Source: a virus (lineage: Duplodnaviria; Caudoviricetes). Taken from it: a stretch of DNA of 40,546 bases. The notes beneath the pieces are model-generated. The model worked only from the letters and a program-made list of their open reading frames with translations, made no database searches and had not been told where the DNA came from. The stretch is taken from IMG/VR virus record IMGVR_UViG_3300043036_000115, positions 1 to 40,546 of that record; one strand, given 5' to 3'. Below, in pieces: positions 8,842 through 16,604 of this stretch; within the stretch, counting starts at the first letter, position 1; every line of letters begins with the position of its first letter. The position numbers and the translations under genes are program-made.

Positions 8842-8870
8842 TTGAATTATAACTCAAATGGTAATATAGT
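8842..8870 (+). promoter_or_regulatory. Probable sigma-A promoter
   Basis: TTGAAT(8842)-17-TATAGT(8865) in an intergenic gap. Confidence 0.55.
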
Positions 8871-8893
8871 TATATTAACAAGGAGGTAGTGAA

Positions 8894-9145
8894 GTGGAAA
8901 TAAAATTTGAAATTGATGAAAATTACATCAAAAGAATGGTGGAAGATGGTATTGTTGAAAGTGCCTTAAATGAGTATTCAAATAAAATAGAAATTAAACA
9001 TGGAATCAGGAATGGAACTGACAAAGCGATAAAAGAATACATTTATACAGAAAAAGAAAACATAATTAACAGAGTTGTTGAAAGAGTGACAACTGAAATA
9101 GTAAAGAAGGGATTGCCTAAGTTGCTTGAAAATTTAGGGAAGTAG
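8894..9145 (+). CDS. Hypothetical protein
   Basis: AGGAGG RBS, GTG start. Confidence 0.75.
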   Translation: MEIKFEIDENYIKRMVEDGIVESALNEYSNKIEIKHGIRNGTDKAIKEYIYTEKENIINRVVERVTTEIVKKGLPKLLENLGK

Positions 9146-9153
9146 GTAGTGAA

Positions 9154-9297
9154 ATGGAAATAACAGAACAAGAGCGACAAAGTTTAATCGAAATGACGAT
9201 TGCATTGAGTGAGTTCTTAAATCACCATGAGTTGGATGACGCGATTAGAGTTTACCATGGGTTGGTAGAGCGGTTGAAAAGTGAGGGAGTAGAGTGA
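9154..9297 (+). CDS. Small hypothetical protein (47 aa, not in ORF track)
   Basis: AGGT RBS; stop overlaps the next GTG start. Confidence 0.55.
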   Translation: MEITEQERQSLIEMTIALSEFLNHHELDDAIRVYHGLVERLKSEGVE

Positions 9298-9806
9298 CAT
9301 TAAATGAGCGACTAAATAAATACAAGCTGGATAATAACCTTTGCAATATAAAACTATCTGAAATAATAAACGTTGACAAATCAACTGTCAGCAAGGTATT
9401 GAGGGGTGCTGAATATAGCCCAGTAACTGCTGAAAAAATTTACAAATCGCTAGGCGATGAATTTAAAAAGTATGTTGAATATAAAAAATGTCCGCATTGC
9501 GGAGATCAATATATTGGACGTTCAAAACTAGATGCGTCATGCCGAAAAGATGATTGCATAAAAAAGCAACGGCGCAAGAATCAAATAGAATATGAAGAAA
9601 AAGTTAAAAGTGGTGAAATAGTGCCAAAGCGAAACAAAGCGTTTCATAGGAAAGTGTTTATAGATGATGTAAGTTGTGTAATTAACAAAGAAAACTTAAA
9701 GCCAATACAAGGTTTTTCTGAATTCATGAACGGCAAGCAGTACGGCGACAGGCAGCGCGAATACTTGCTAAATTTACAAAAAACACAAAGGATGGAGATA
9801 AGATAA
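9294..9806 (+). CDS. XRE-type HTH protein with zinc ribbon
   Basis: LSEIINVDKSTVSKVLRG HTH; CPHC...C....C. Confidence 0.65.
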   Translation: MTLNERLNKYKLDNNLCNIKLSEIINVDKSTVSKVLRGAEYSPVTAEKIYKSLGDEFKKYVEYKKCPHCGDQYIGRSKLDASCRKDDCIKKQRRKNQIEYEEKVKSGEIVPKRNKAFHRKVFIDDVSCVINKENLKPIQGFSEFMNGKQYGDRQREYLLNLQKTQRMEIR

Positions 9807-9966
9807 CAGCCGATATTCAAAATGTTTTATTGTTCGTAGTTTGTATAGTTTTATTTTTGCTGATGGGAAGGCGTAAAGATGGATAAGTGTGATTTTTGCC
9901 AGTACCGATGGGAATGTAAAGAAAAAGAGAACGGTATTTGTTTGATGGATGAAGAAAGGGAAAAAG

Positions 9967-10332
9967 ATGAAGAAGAAAGACGTATACAACAAAGCAAAAG
10001 CGACATGGGGGATTGACGCGCAGGTAACAAAGGCGGTTGAGGAACTGGCAGAGCTCCAAAAGGAATTGTGTAAATTCTTACTTGACGACGGGAACATGGC
10101 GCACATAACCGAAGAAATGGCAGACGTTGAAATTATGATTGAACAATTGAAGCTGATATTTGAGAATAAAGAAGCAGTTAAGGCGGTGAAAAAAGCAAAG
10201 ATTCAGCGGTTGAGCGATAGACTAGATGCTGAAAAGCCGAAATATTTAACTTTTAGTTGTGAACATTGCAAACATAATTATGACGATCGAATTTGTTTTA
10301 ATTGTAATCAGCATTCAGAATATGCCGAATAA
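9967..10332 (+). CDS. MazG-like nucleotide pyrophosphohydrolase with C-terminal Cys cluster
   Basis: WG..AQ..KAVEELAEL...L.K...ITEEMADV.IM..QL. Confidence 0.8.
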   Translation: MKKKDVYNKAKATWGIDAQVTKAVEELAELQKELCKFLLDDGNMAHITEEMADVEIMIEQLKLIFENKEAVKAVKKAKIQRLSDRLDAEKPKYLTFSCEHCKHNYDDRICFNCNQHSEYAE

Positions 10333-10402
10333 GTGCCAAACGTGTTGGAATTACGGTAAAAGTATTATGTATTGTATTTTTAAATGTGAAGGGATGGAGA
10401 AA

Positions 10403-10726
10403 ATGAAAGAAAAAATAATTAAAAGGAATTGCCAAACGTGCAAAAAATGGAAAGTTGGCAAAGATGATGTTTGCAGAGATTGTTCTGTTGAAAAATATCA
10501 ACCTAATTATTCAAGTTGGGAATGGAATGAGATTGATGTTGGTTGTATGTTTTGCGAAAATGGAGAGAGCGAAAAGATTGGATTTGTAGAGGTGTCAATT
10601 TTTAACATAAGAGGTAAAAAGCATTTAACTATTGATGTTTTCGATGAAAATTGCCTAGAAGATGAATGTATAGACGAAGAAAGCTTTGATATTAATTTTT
10701 GCCCATGGTGCGGTCGAAAATTATGA
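10403..10726 (+). CDS. Cys-rich hypothetical protein (start uncertain)
   Basis: GGAG RBS before ATG 10403; C-terminal INFCPWCGRKL zinc-ribbon half. Confidence 0.65.
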   Translation: MKEKIIKRNCQTCKKWKVGKDDVCRDCSVEKYQPNYSSWEWNEIDVGCMFCENGESEKIGFVEVSIFNIRGKKHLTIDVFDENCLEDECIDEESFDINFCPWCGRKL

Positions 10727-11217
10727 AAGATTACATTAACGGTGAAGCCCGTACAAAGGTCGCTTATTTGCGTGACATGGACGTGCTATACAAGGATTTA
10801 ATTGATGGCGATAATGTGACAAAGGAAGAGCGAACGGCGTTAAAACATGCGAATACGTGGCATAAAAAAGCTATTGCGATGATGAAAAAACGGTTGCCTG
10901 ATGATTTTAAGAAAATTGACCGGATGCTGAAAGATAATGTTATTGTGATGAAGCCGAAAATACAAGAAGTTATTGATAACCGGTCGATAGCCATAACTGA
11001 CGATCGGTTGAGAGATATATTGGAAATATTGATAAACGATAATTGCATCGGGTGTACGGCGACAAATTGGAAACAGTGCCATATCTGGGAGTTACAAGAC
11101 GATTTAGACGTTAGTAGTATGTATAACGAGCCGGATGGAACTTGCCAGTATAAGTTAATGGCTGAAATGGAAAAGGCGAAAAATTCCACGTATGGGACAA
11201 TTTTTAAGGAGGTTTAA
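10723..11217 (+). CDS. Hypothetical protein with C-terminal Cys cluster
   Basis: ATGA overlap with the previous gene; C..C......C...CQY. Confidence 0.75.
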   Translation: MKDYINGEARTKVAYLRDMDVLYKDLIDGDNVTKEERTALKHANTWHKKAIAMMKKRLPDDFKKIDRMLKDNVIVMKPKIQEVIDNRSIAITDDRLRDILEILINDNCIGCTATNWKQCHIWELQDDLDVSSMYNEPDGTCQYKLMAEMEKAKNSTYGTIFKEV

Positions 11218-11219
11218 AA

Positions 11220-11435
11220 ATGGAATTTGTGAAATTTGATAATATGAAAATATACTCAGCAGATAGACGCAAAGAGATATGGGAAATAACGTTGAGAGAA
11301 TTAAAGGAGATAATACTTTCGATAGAAGAAAAAGACATGAATATGCCTTTGCGTGTTTTTTACGATGGTAGATATCACGGGATAACGGACATACACGTAA
11401 CAACAGGGGAAGACGGGATATTTACCATAGATTAA
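11220..11435 (+). CDS. Hypothetical protein
   Basis: AAGGAGG RBS. Confidence 0.7.
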   Translation: MEFVKFDNMKIYSADRRKEIWEITLRELKEIILSIEEKDMNMPLRVFYDGRYHGITDIHVTTGEDGIFTID

Positions 11436-11455
11436 TAAAAACTTTAGGGGGAACA

Positions 11456-11686
11456 ATGAACTTATTTAGCAGAATTAAAAAGATGTTTGGGATTAATAAA
11501 CTAAGCAGGGTTTTAGGCAAGCGTGAGACGATTGGGCCCGGCGAGGATTATGTGACAAGGCAGATTATAATGGATGCAAACGGAAAAGTACATGAGGTGT
11601 ATTACCACAACCGTTGCACAGATTATTTAATTGGCGATGTATTGCCGGAACAGATTAAGAAAGATTTATGGAGGTTGGTGAAATGA
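11456..11686 (+). CDS. Hypothetical protein
   Basis: AGGGGG RBS; stop overlaps the next start. Confidence 0.65.
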   Translation: MNLFSRIKKMFGINKLSRVLGKRETIGPGEDYVTRQIIMDANGKVHEVYYHNRCTDYLIGDVLPEQIKKDLWRLVK

Positions 11687-11916
11687 AAAAGTATGTTTAC
11701 TATGTTGTTTACTCATACAACGCAAACAACAACACGACAAGTGGTTATGGTTACGTTGTGCAAAATTCAAATGCGAAAATAAAAAACAAAGAACAAGTTG
11801 AATATATGCATAAACGAGTTAAAGATTTCATCGAAGAAGATGTTGGAGTTACTGGCGCTATACCAATAGTGACAAACTTCTTTATAATCGACGAATATAT
11901 GGAGGAAAGCGAATGA
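11683..11916 (+). CDS. Hypothetical protein (paralog of 1125-1355)
   Basis: MKKYVYYVVYSY...IVTNFFIIDEYMEESE. Confidence 0.75.
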   Translation: MKKYVYYVVYSYNANNNTTSGYGYVVQNSNAKIKNKEQVEYMHKRVKDFIEEDVGVTGAIPIVTNFFIIDEYMEESE

Positions 11917-12041
11917 CACTCTTTGACTATTGCTGTATATATGGCATAATTGCAACGACGATCGGCTTGTGCTTGTGTTTTATACTTTTAGGTGTTTGGC
12001 TGTGTGCTGATATTAAAACGGATAAAAAGGGGCGTAAATGA
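11913..12041 (+). CDS. Small single-pass membrane protein (42 aa, not in ORF track)
   Basis: GGAGG RBS; ATGA overlaps at both ends; hydrophobic core with basic tail. Confidence 0.6.
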   Translation: MTLFDYCCIYGIIATTIGLCLCFILLGVWLCADIKTDKKGRK

Positions 12042-12274
12042 AAACTTTTGGAAAAATGAGTATAGCTTTTTTGTATGACGACGAAACAGACACGGTTGCC
12101 ATTGAACCGATATTGGAATCGTCAAAACCAGATGTTCCAATAGATGTTTTGCAACACGTTTATATCGCACTTGGGATGCGCTTGTATTTTATGCTTGGCG
12201 AAAAAAGATATAGTGATTTAGAAATTGAAAAAATTCACGCCGAACTATTGGGAATATTGGAGAGCGAAAAATGA
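12038..12274 (+). CDS. Hypothetical protein
   Basis: Member of an ATGA-coupled gene chain. Confidence 0.7.
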   Translation: MKTFGKMSIAFLYDDETDTVAIEPILESSKPDVPIDVLQHVYIALGMRLYFMLGEKRYSDLEIEKIHAELLGILESEK

Positions 12275-12495
12275 GTTTAGAAGAATGTAAAAATAAAATA
12301 AGAAAAGAAGTTGAGGAATACCTAGAAAATAAAATAGGCGAAAAATTAAAAGAGTTGGATAATGATGAAATGGTAAATGATGTATCTGATATATTAAAAA
12401 AATATATTGAATTTGATATATCAGGTAATGTTAAAATTAAACAACAAGGTGTTTATCCTGCGATTGAGGTTGTTTTAAAGGAGGTGGTGAAATGA
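12271..12495 (+). CDS. Hypothetical protein
   Basis: ATGA-coupled; GGAG RBS. Confidence 0.7.
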   Translation: MSLEECKNKIRKEVEEYLENKIGEKLKELDNDEMVNDVSDILKKYIEFDISGNVKIKQQGVYPAIEVVLKEVVK

Positions 12496-12683
12496 TTAAA
12501 ATGTTTACTGTTTACTTAACAAGTAAAATTGATGGGGAAAGCGTGTTTTCTCATATAATAAATGACGATAACGATTTTGTACCGGGTGAGGATTTCATGG
12601 CATTTTCTGATACTGATGGAGTTACTCATAATTACAACGTTAATTTTGTGCTGAAAGTAGTTTTCCAAGAGGTTGAGAAATGA
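12492..12683 (+). CDS. Hypothetical protein
   Basis: AAGGAGG RBS; ATGA-coupled. Confidence 0.7.
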   Translation: MIKMFTVYLTSKIDGESVFSHIINDDNDFVPGEDFMAFSDTDGVTHNYNVNFVLKVVFQEVEK

Positions 12684-12880
12684 GCGTAGAAGAAGGTGGA
12701 GAAGTGATAAAAATTGATATGGAAATGCCTAAGTCTTGTTCCGTTTGCAAACTAAAGACGTGGGAACAATCCGGTATGTTCAACAAAGCAATATGCGTTT
12801 ACACATGGAAACGAGCAAAACGGATAAACGATAGGCCTAAAGATTGCCTATTGAAAGAGATGAAGAATGACACGATGTAG
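12680..12880 (+). CDS. Cys-rich hypothetical protein (paralog of 7576-7839; may start at GTG 12704)
   Basis: IKIDMEMPKSC..C...RPKDC.L. Confidence 0.7.
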   Translation: MSVEEGGEVIKIDMEMPKSCSVCKLKTWEQSGMFNKAICVYTWKRAKRINDRPKDCLLKEMKNDTM

Positions 12881-13073
12881 ACTCTGGTACGCCTACCAAA
12901 TAGGTGATGACAAGCGGTATAGTTTTAAATTGCATGGGCAGTTTAAAGCTGGATTGAAAGTTGGCGATGAAGTGCATGAATTGTTTGACGGTAAGCGGAT
13001 CGTTTACCGAGTAGTTATGGTTGATTATAATGCTAAGATTTACGGCGTTAATTACGCTTATGAAGAAATTTAA
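12867..13073 (+). CDS. Hypothetical protein
   Basis: ORF in a tight gene chain. Confidence 0.65.
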   Translation: MTRCRLWYAYQIGDDKRYSFKLHGQFKAGLKVGDEVHELFDGKRIVYRVVMVDYNAKIYGVNYAYEEI

Positions 13074-13085
13074 AGGAGAAATAAA

Positions 13086-13400
13086 ATGGGATATTTTATA
13101 TTATTTGTAGTGGTGTTTGTAACGGTCGTTTTAATTAAAGGCCGGATTGAGAAGAAGAAACTGGGACAACAGCCGTATATCACGCCTGAAGAAATCGCAA
13201 AAGATATGGCCGATATTGAAAGCACACAAGACGAATACGAGAAACAAAGCAAAATTGCACAGTGGAATAAGAAGATTGAAGAAAAAACAGCATGGTTAGA
13301 AGCCGATACGAAACGGATGCAGGCAGAACGAGCCAGACGGAAAGCAGCGAAAGAAGCGGAAAAACAGGCGAAGATTGCGTTTAAGAACAGGAATAAGTAA
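13086..13400 (+). CDS. Membrane-anchored coiled-coil protein
   Basis: AAGGAG RBS; N-terminal hydrophobic helix. Confidence 0.75.
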   Translation: MGYFILFVVVFVTVVLIKGRIEKKKLGQQPYITPEEIAKDMADIESTQDEYEKQSKIAQWNKKIEEKTAWLEADTKRMQAERARRKAAKEAEKQAKIAFKNRNK

Positions 13401-13401
13401 A

Positions 13402-13797
13402 ATGTTGAGAATGCTTAAAAAAGATGAAATGATTATCATCGAAAATATAAACCAGTTAAAAGAGTTGATTGTTTGCATTGGGCATGATGGAATGAGCAAA
13501 GTAAGGTTCATCAAGCCTGGAATGGTGATGATTCCAAGAGTTAGCGAACTATTACGGAATAACGACCTTGCTATTGTCTATAATAATGGTTGTTATGGTT
13601 TCGGTTCAGCTTCTACACACAAAGAAAAAGGTAAAAAAGTTGTTACAATAAAACAGCTTGAAGTTAATGAGAAAAACAAAGAACTGCTTAAAAAAATGTA
13701 TGAACAACTCCAAGGTTACAATAAAGACAAGGAAAAAGAACGATCTGACATTTTTATGAATGAATTATTCCGAAAGGTAATTGGCGGGAAGAAATGA
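13402..13797 (+). CDS. Hypothetical protein (start uncertain)
   Basis: ORF between 13400 and 13794. Confidence 0.65.
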   Translation: MLRMLKKDEMIIIENINQLKELIVCIGHDGMSKVRFIKPGMVMIPRVSELLRNNDLAIVYNNGCYGFGSASTHKEKGKKVVTIKQLEVNEKNKELLKKMYEQLQGYNKDKEKERSDIFMNELFRKVIGGKK

Positions 13798-14024
13798 AAG
13801 TATTTTTAGTAAAGGCAGAAAGTTTTACTTATGACGACTATGATTCAGTTGTATTAGTTGCTGAATCAAAAGAAAGAGCATTGGAAATGGCTAAAGAATC
13901 AACATGGGAAACTTATGAAAAAGAAAAACGTTTTTACTTTGGCGAAAGACAATATCCATTAACTGCGGATGAGATTGATTTAACAAAAGAAGATTCTATT
14001 TTAGGCTCTTTTAACGCAGGATAA
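13794..14024 (+). CDS. Hypothetical phage protein
   Basis: YDDYDSVVLVAES.ERA...ILGSFNAG motif typical of small phage proteins. Confidence 0.75.
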   Translation: MKVFLVKAESFTYDDYDSVVLVAESKERALEMAKESTWETYEKEKRFYFGERQYPLTADEIDLTKEDSILGSFNAG

Positions 14025-14030
14025 ACAGCC

Positions 14031-14059
14031 AGAACGCCTTTAAACCGGCGTTCTTTTTA
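14031..14059 (+). terminator. Rho-independent terminator ending the early/middle region
   Basis: AGAACGCC...GGCGTTCT followed by a T-run. Confidence 0.85.
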
Positions 14060-14086
14060 TGCGTTGTTTATTTATTCGGGGGGATG

Positions 14087-14095
14087 TGGTATAAT
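14087..14095 (+). promoter_or_regulatory. Extended -10 promoter
   Basis: TGgTATAAT; only a weak -35. Confidence 0.65.
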
Positions 14096-14190
14096 ATACA
14101 TAGATTATAAGGGGACAGGGGTTAGCTACCTTTTCTAGTGCCGTTACACTGGATTACCCTTAATCTAATTTAGTCCTTAACGGGGGAAAT

Positions 14191-14517
14191 ATGAAACATG
14201 GAAATAATTACTTTATTCAATTAGGGCGTGACGTTTTTAACGAGTACAACTATCAAGAATTGCCGATGTATTCACGTTGGATATTTACGGTTTTAAATGA
14301 ATTGGAACACAAATACACAGGCAAGAACGAGGACTTCTTTTTTCGCAGCAATGAACTACTTGCAGAAGATTGTGGGTTATCAGTAAAAACTATAAAAAGA
14401 TATAAGAAATACTTGATAGATTTAGGTTTTATTGAGTCATGGCATATGCATTTTAGGAACACAGAATCAGGAAAGTTATCAGAAAAGAAAGTTTGCGCTT
14501 ACCGTATTTTAAAATAG
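14191..14517 (+). CDS. Winged-HTH protein resembling the N-terminal domain of phage replication initiators
   Basis: FFRSNELLAEDCGLSVKTIKRYKKYLIDLGFI helix-turn-helix. Confidence 0.8.
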   Translation: MKHGNNYFIQLGRDVFNEYNYQELPMYSRWIFTVLNELEHKYTGKNEDFFFRSNELLAEDCGLSVKTIKRYKKYLIDLGFIESWHMHFRNTESGKLSEKKVCAYRILK

Positions 14518-14585
14518 GCAGAGGGTCTGTGAGACCCTTTGGGCAAAAGGTCTGTGAGACCCTAAGCAAAGGGTCTGTGAGACCC
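14518..14585. repeat. Three 20-nt direct repeats, each internally palindromic
   Basis: GCA(G/A)A(G/A)GGTCTGTGAGACCC at 14518, 14543 and 14566; core GGTCT-GTG-AGACC is an inverted repeat. Confidence 0.95.
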
Positions 14586-14725
14586 ACTATATAATAACAG
14601 ACTATATCTAAGAATTGGACTTTATCTATTTAAGATTTAGTAAATAACAAAGGTCGTTACCGACCGATGTTAAAAAGCCATCGTGCCATTTTGGTAGGTT
14701 GGATATTTAGAAAGGAGTTGAGTAC

Positions 14726-15103
14726 ATGAAAGAAAAAAAGAGTAACGCAGGCAGACCGCCACTTTTTAAAAATAAAGAAGAACTTGAGTTAAAGCTTGAT
14801 GCGTATAAGCAGTATTTGCTTGAATCAGAGAAACCGCCTACTATTGCAGGGCTTGCTTATTATACTGGAATTGATCGGCAAACTATTTACAACTATTCCG
14901 AAAAAGATGAATTTTTCGACACATTAAAAGAGTTTAGACAATTTATCATGATGAACTATGAAGAACTAGCCATAGAAAAAGGAAACGGTGGCATTGTGTT
15001 CTTGCTTAAGAATTACGGGTACACTGACAAGCAAGAGGTTGAACATTCTGGGGAACTATCACAAGTGGTAATAGTCGATGACATTAGTAAACTTAAGCGA
15101 TAA
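14726..15103 (+). CDS. terS: Terminase small subunit
   Basis: GRPP.F...EEL...PPTIAGLA...G..RQTIYNY...IVFLLKNYGY.DKQEVE; directly upstream of terL. Confidence 0.88.
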   Translation: MKEKKSNAGRPPLFKNKEELELKLDAYKQYLLESEKPPTIAGLAYYTGIDRQTIYNYSEKDEFFDTLKEFRQFIMMNYEELAIEKGNGGIVFLLKNYGYTDKQEVEHSGELSQVVIVDDISKLKR

Positions 15104-16574
15104 GATACTACCTCATTTTTATGACTCGTGGATAGCTTACGATGATCCCAAGTACTTGCACATATATGAAAAAGGCGGTCGAGGTAGTTCTAAATCAACT
15201 ACTATCACGCTAAAGATTATAATGAACCGTATGCAGACAAAAACTCATGCGGTCATTGTGCGTAAGGTTGGGCGTACACTAAGGTATTCGACACGCAATC
15301 AGATACTATGGGGAATACACTACTTAGGCGTACAAGATAAGTTTAAATGGAGCGACACGCCATCAGGTGATATGACAATAGAGTACAGGCCAACAGGTAC
15401 TAAGATATTCTTTGAAGGTGCAGATGGCGACAAGATTAAAGGATGGAAAACATATGACATGCCAACAACGGATATTTTCTTCGAGGAAATAACAGACTTT
15501 AAAACAGATGAGGAATTAACGTCAATTAAGCTTTCGATTTTACGTGAGATATTACCAGATGGTTATAAGTACACGTTCTTTCATGCTTATAACCCACCTA
15601 AAAGGCGCGGTCATTGGGTTAATAAAACATGTGAAAGTATATTCCAACCGGACAACGTTTATATCCACCATTCGGATTACAGAGATAACATAAGGTTTTT
15701 ACCGCCTGAATTTATAGAAGAAGCTGACAACGTAAAAGCAAAGAGTAAACGCCGTTACGACTGGGAATACTTAGGCTTGCCTATCGGTTCTGGTGTTGTT
15801 CCTTTTGATAATCTATCATTTAGAACGATAACAGACGATGAAATTAAGCGGTTTGACAATATCCGGCAAGGGATTGACTGGGGATATGGGGTAGACCCTG
15901 TATCATTTGGTAGAATGCACTTAGATAAGACAAGAAACATACTTTATATCTTTGATGAAATTTACGGCGTTAAGATCAGCAATAGGGAATTAGCTGAAAA
16001 GATACGTGCTAAAGGCTATCATAGCGATTTAATAACATGCGATAGTGCAGAACCTAAATCAGTATCAGAAATGAACAACGAACATGGATTAAAATGTATC
16101 GGCGCTAAAAAGGGCGCAGGTTCCGTTGAGTATGGCGAAAAGTGGTTGGATGATTTAGAAGAAATAGTTATCGACCCGGGAAGATGCCCGAACATTGCTA
16201 GAGAGTTTGAGAATATCGACTATGAAACAGACAAAGACGGTAACCCGAAAGCAAGACTGCAAGATAAAGACAATCACTGTTTAACAGGAGATACAATTGT
16301 TAATACCATAGATGGAGACATTAAAATAAAAGATTTAGTCGGGAAAATAGGAAAAGTTAATTGCTATGATGAAAATAAAAAAGAAAAAACAACGAGCGAT
16401 TTTTTTGATGTTAGAATGACTGCGGAAAATGTAGACGTTTATGAAATTGAATTTGAAGACGGAAGAAAAATAAAAGCAACTGACTACCATCCAATATTAA
16501 CAATTGATGGATGGAAATTGTTAAAAGAGCTTACCGAAAGCGACATTATAATTGACATTAGTAACCACATTTGA
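15078..16574 (+). CDS. terL: Terminase large subunit (PBSX-type) N-extein (400 aa) fused to split-intein N half (98 aa)
   Basis: Walker A GGRGSSKS, Walker B FFEE, GIDWG and DSAEP motifs; ends DKDNH/CLTGDT...KATDYHPILT.DGW...LTESD.I then stop. Confidence 0.93.
   Translation: MTLVNLSDKILPHFYDSWIAYDDPKYLHIYEKGGRGSSKSTTITLKIIMNRMQTKTHAVIVRKVGRTLRYSTRNQILWGIHYLGVQDKFKWSDTPSGDMTIEYRPTGTKIFFEGADGDKIKGWKTYDMPTTDIFFEEITDFKTDEELTSIKLSILREILPDGYKYTFFHAYNPPKRRGHWVNKTCESIFQPDNVYIHHSDYRDNIRFLPPEFIEEADNVKAKSKRRYDWEYLGLPIGSGVVPFDNLSFRTITDDEIKRFDNIRQGIDWGYGVDPVSFGRMHLDKTRNILYIFDEIYGVKISNRELAEKIRAKGYHSDLITCDSAEPKSVSEMNNEHGLKCIGAKKGAGSVEYGEKWLDDLEEIVIDPGRCPNIAREFENIDYETDKDGNPKARLQDKDNHCLTGDTIVNTIDGDIKIKDLVGKIGKVNCYDENKKEKTTSDFFDVRMTAENVDVYEIEFEDGRKIKATDYHPILTIDGWKLLKELTESDIIIDISNHI
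16278..16571 (+). mobile_element. Split intein, N half (IntN)
   Basis: Block A CLTGDTIV at Cys1 (16278); block B ATDYHPILT; no C-terminal HN in this ORF. Confidence 0.92.
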
Positions 16575-16580
16575 TATAAT
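16552..16580 (+). promoter_or_regulatory. Consensus sigma-A promoter for the HNH gene, overlapping the IntN end
   Basis: TTGACA(16552)-17-TATAAT(16575); the TGA stop of IntN is the extended -10 TGn. Confidence 0.88.
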
Positions 16581-16604
16581 AAGATATTAAGTTGAGGTGA
16601 AATA

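Noticed and set aside
11923-11950. Promoter TTGACT-16-CATAAT
   Set aside because: Suboptimal spacing, and it lies inside a plausible ATGA-coupled small ORF; not called.
14518-14585. Mini-CRISPR array
   Set aside because: The gaps between repeats are only 5 and 3 nt, far too short for spacers, and there are no cas genes.
16572-16604. TGA reassignment (alternative genetic code) fusing IntN to HNH
   Set aside because: TGA ends many genes in ATGA overlaps across the genome, and readthrough would still not reach IntC, which is in another frame.
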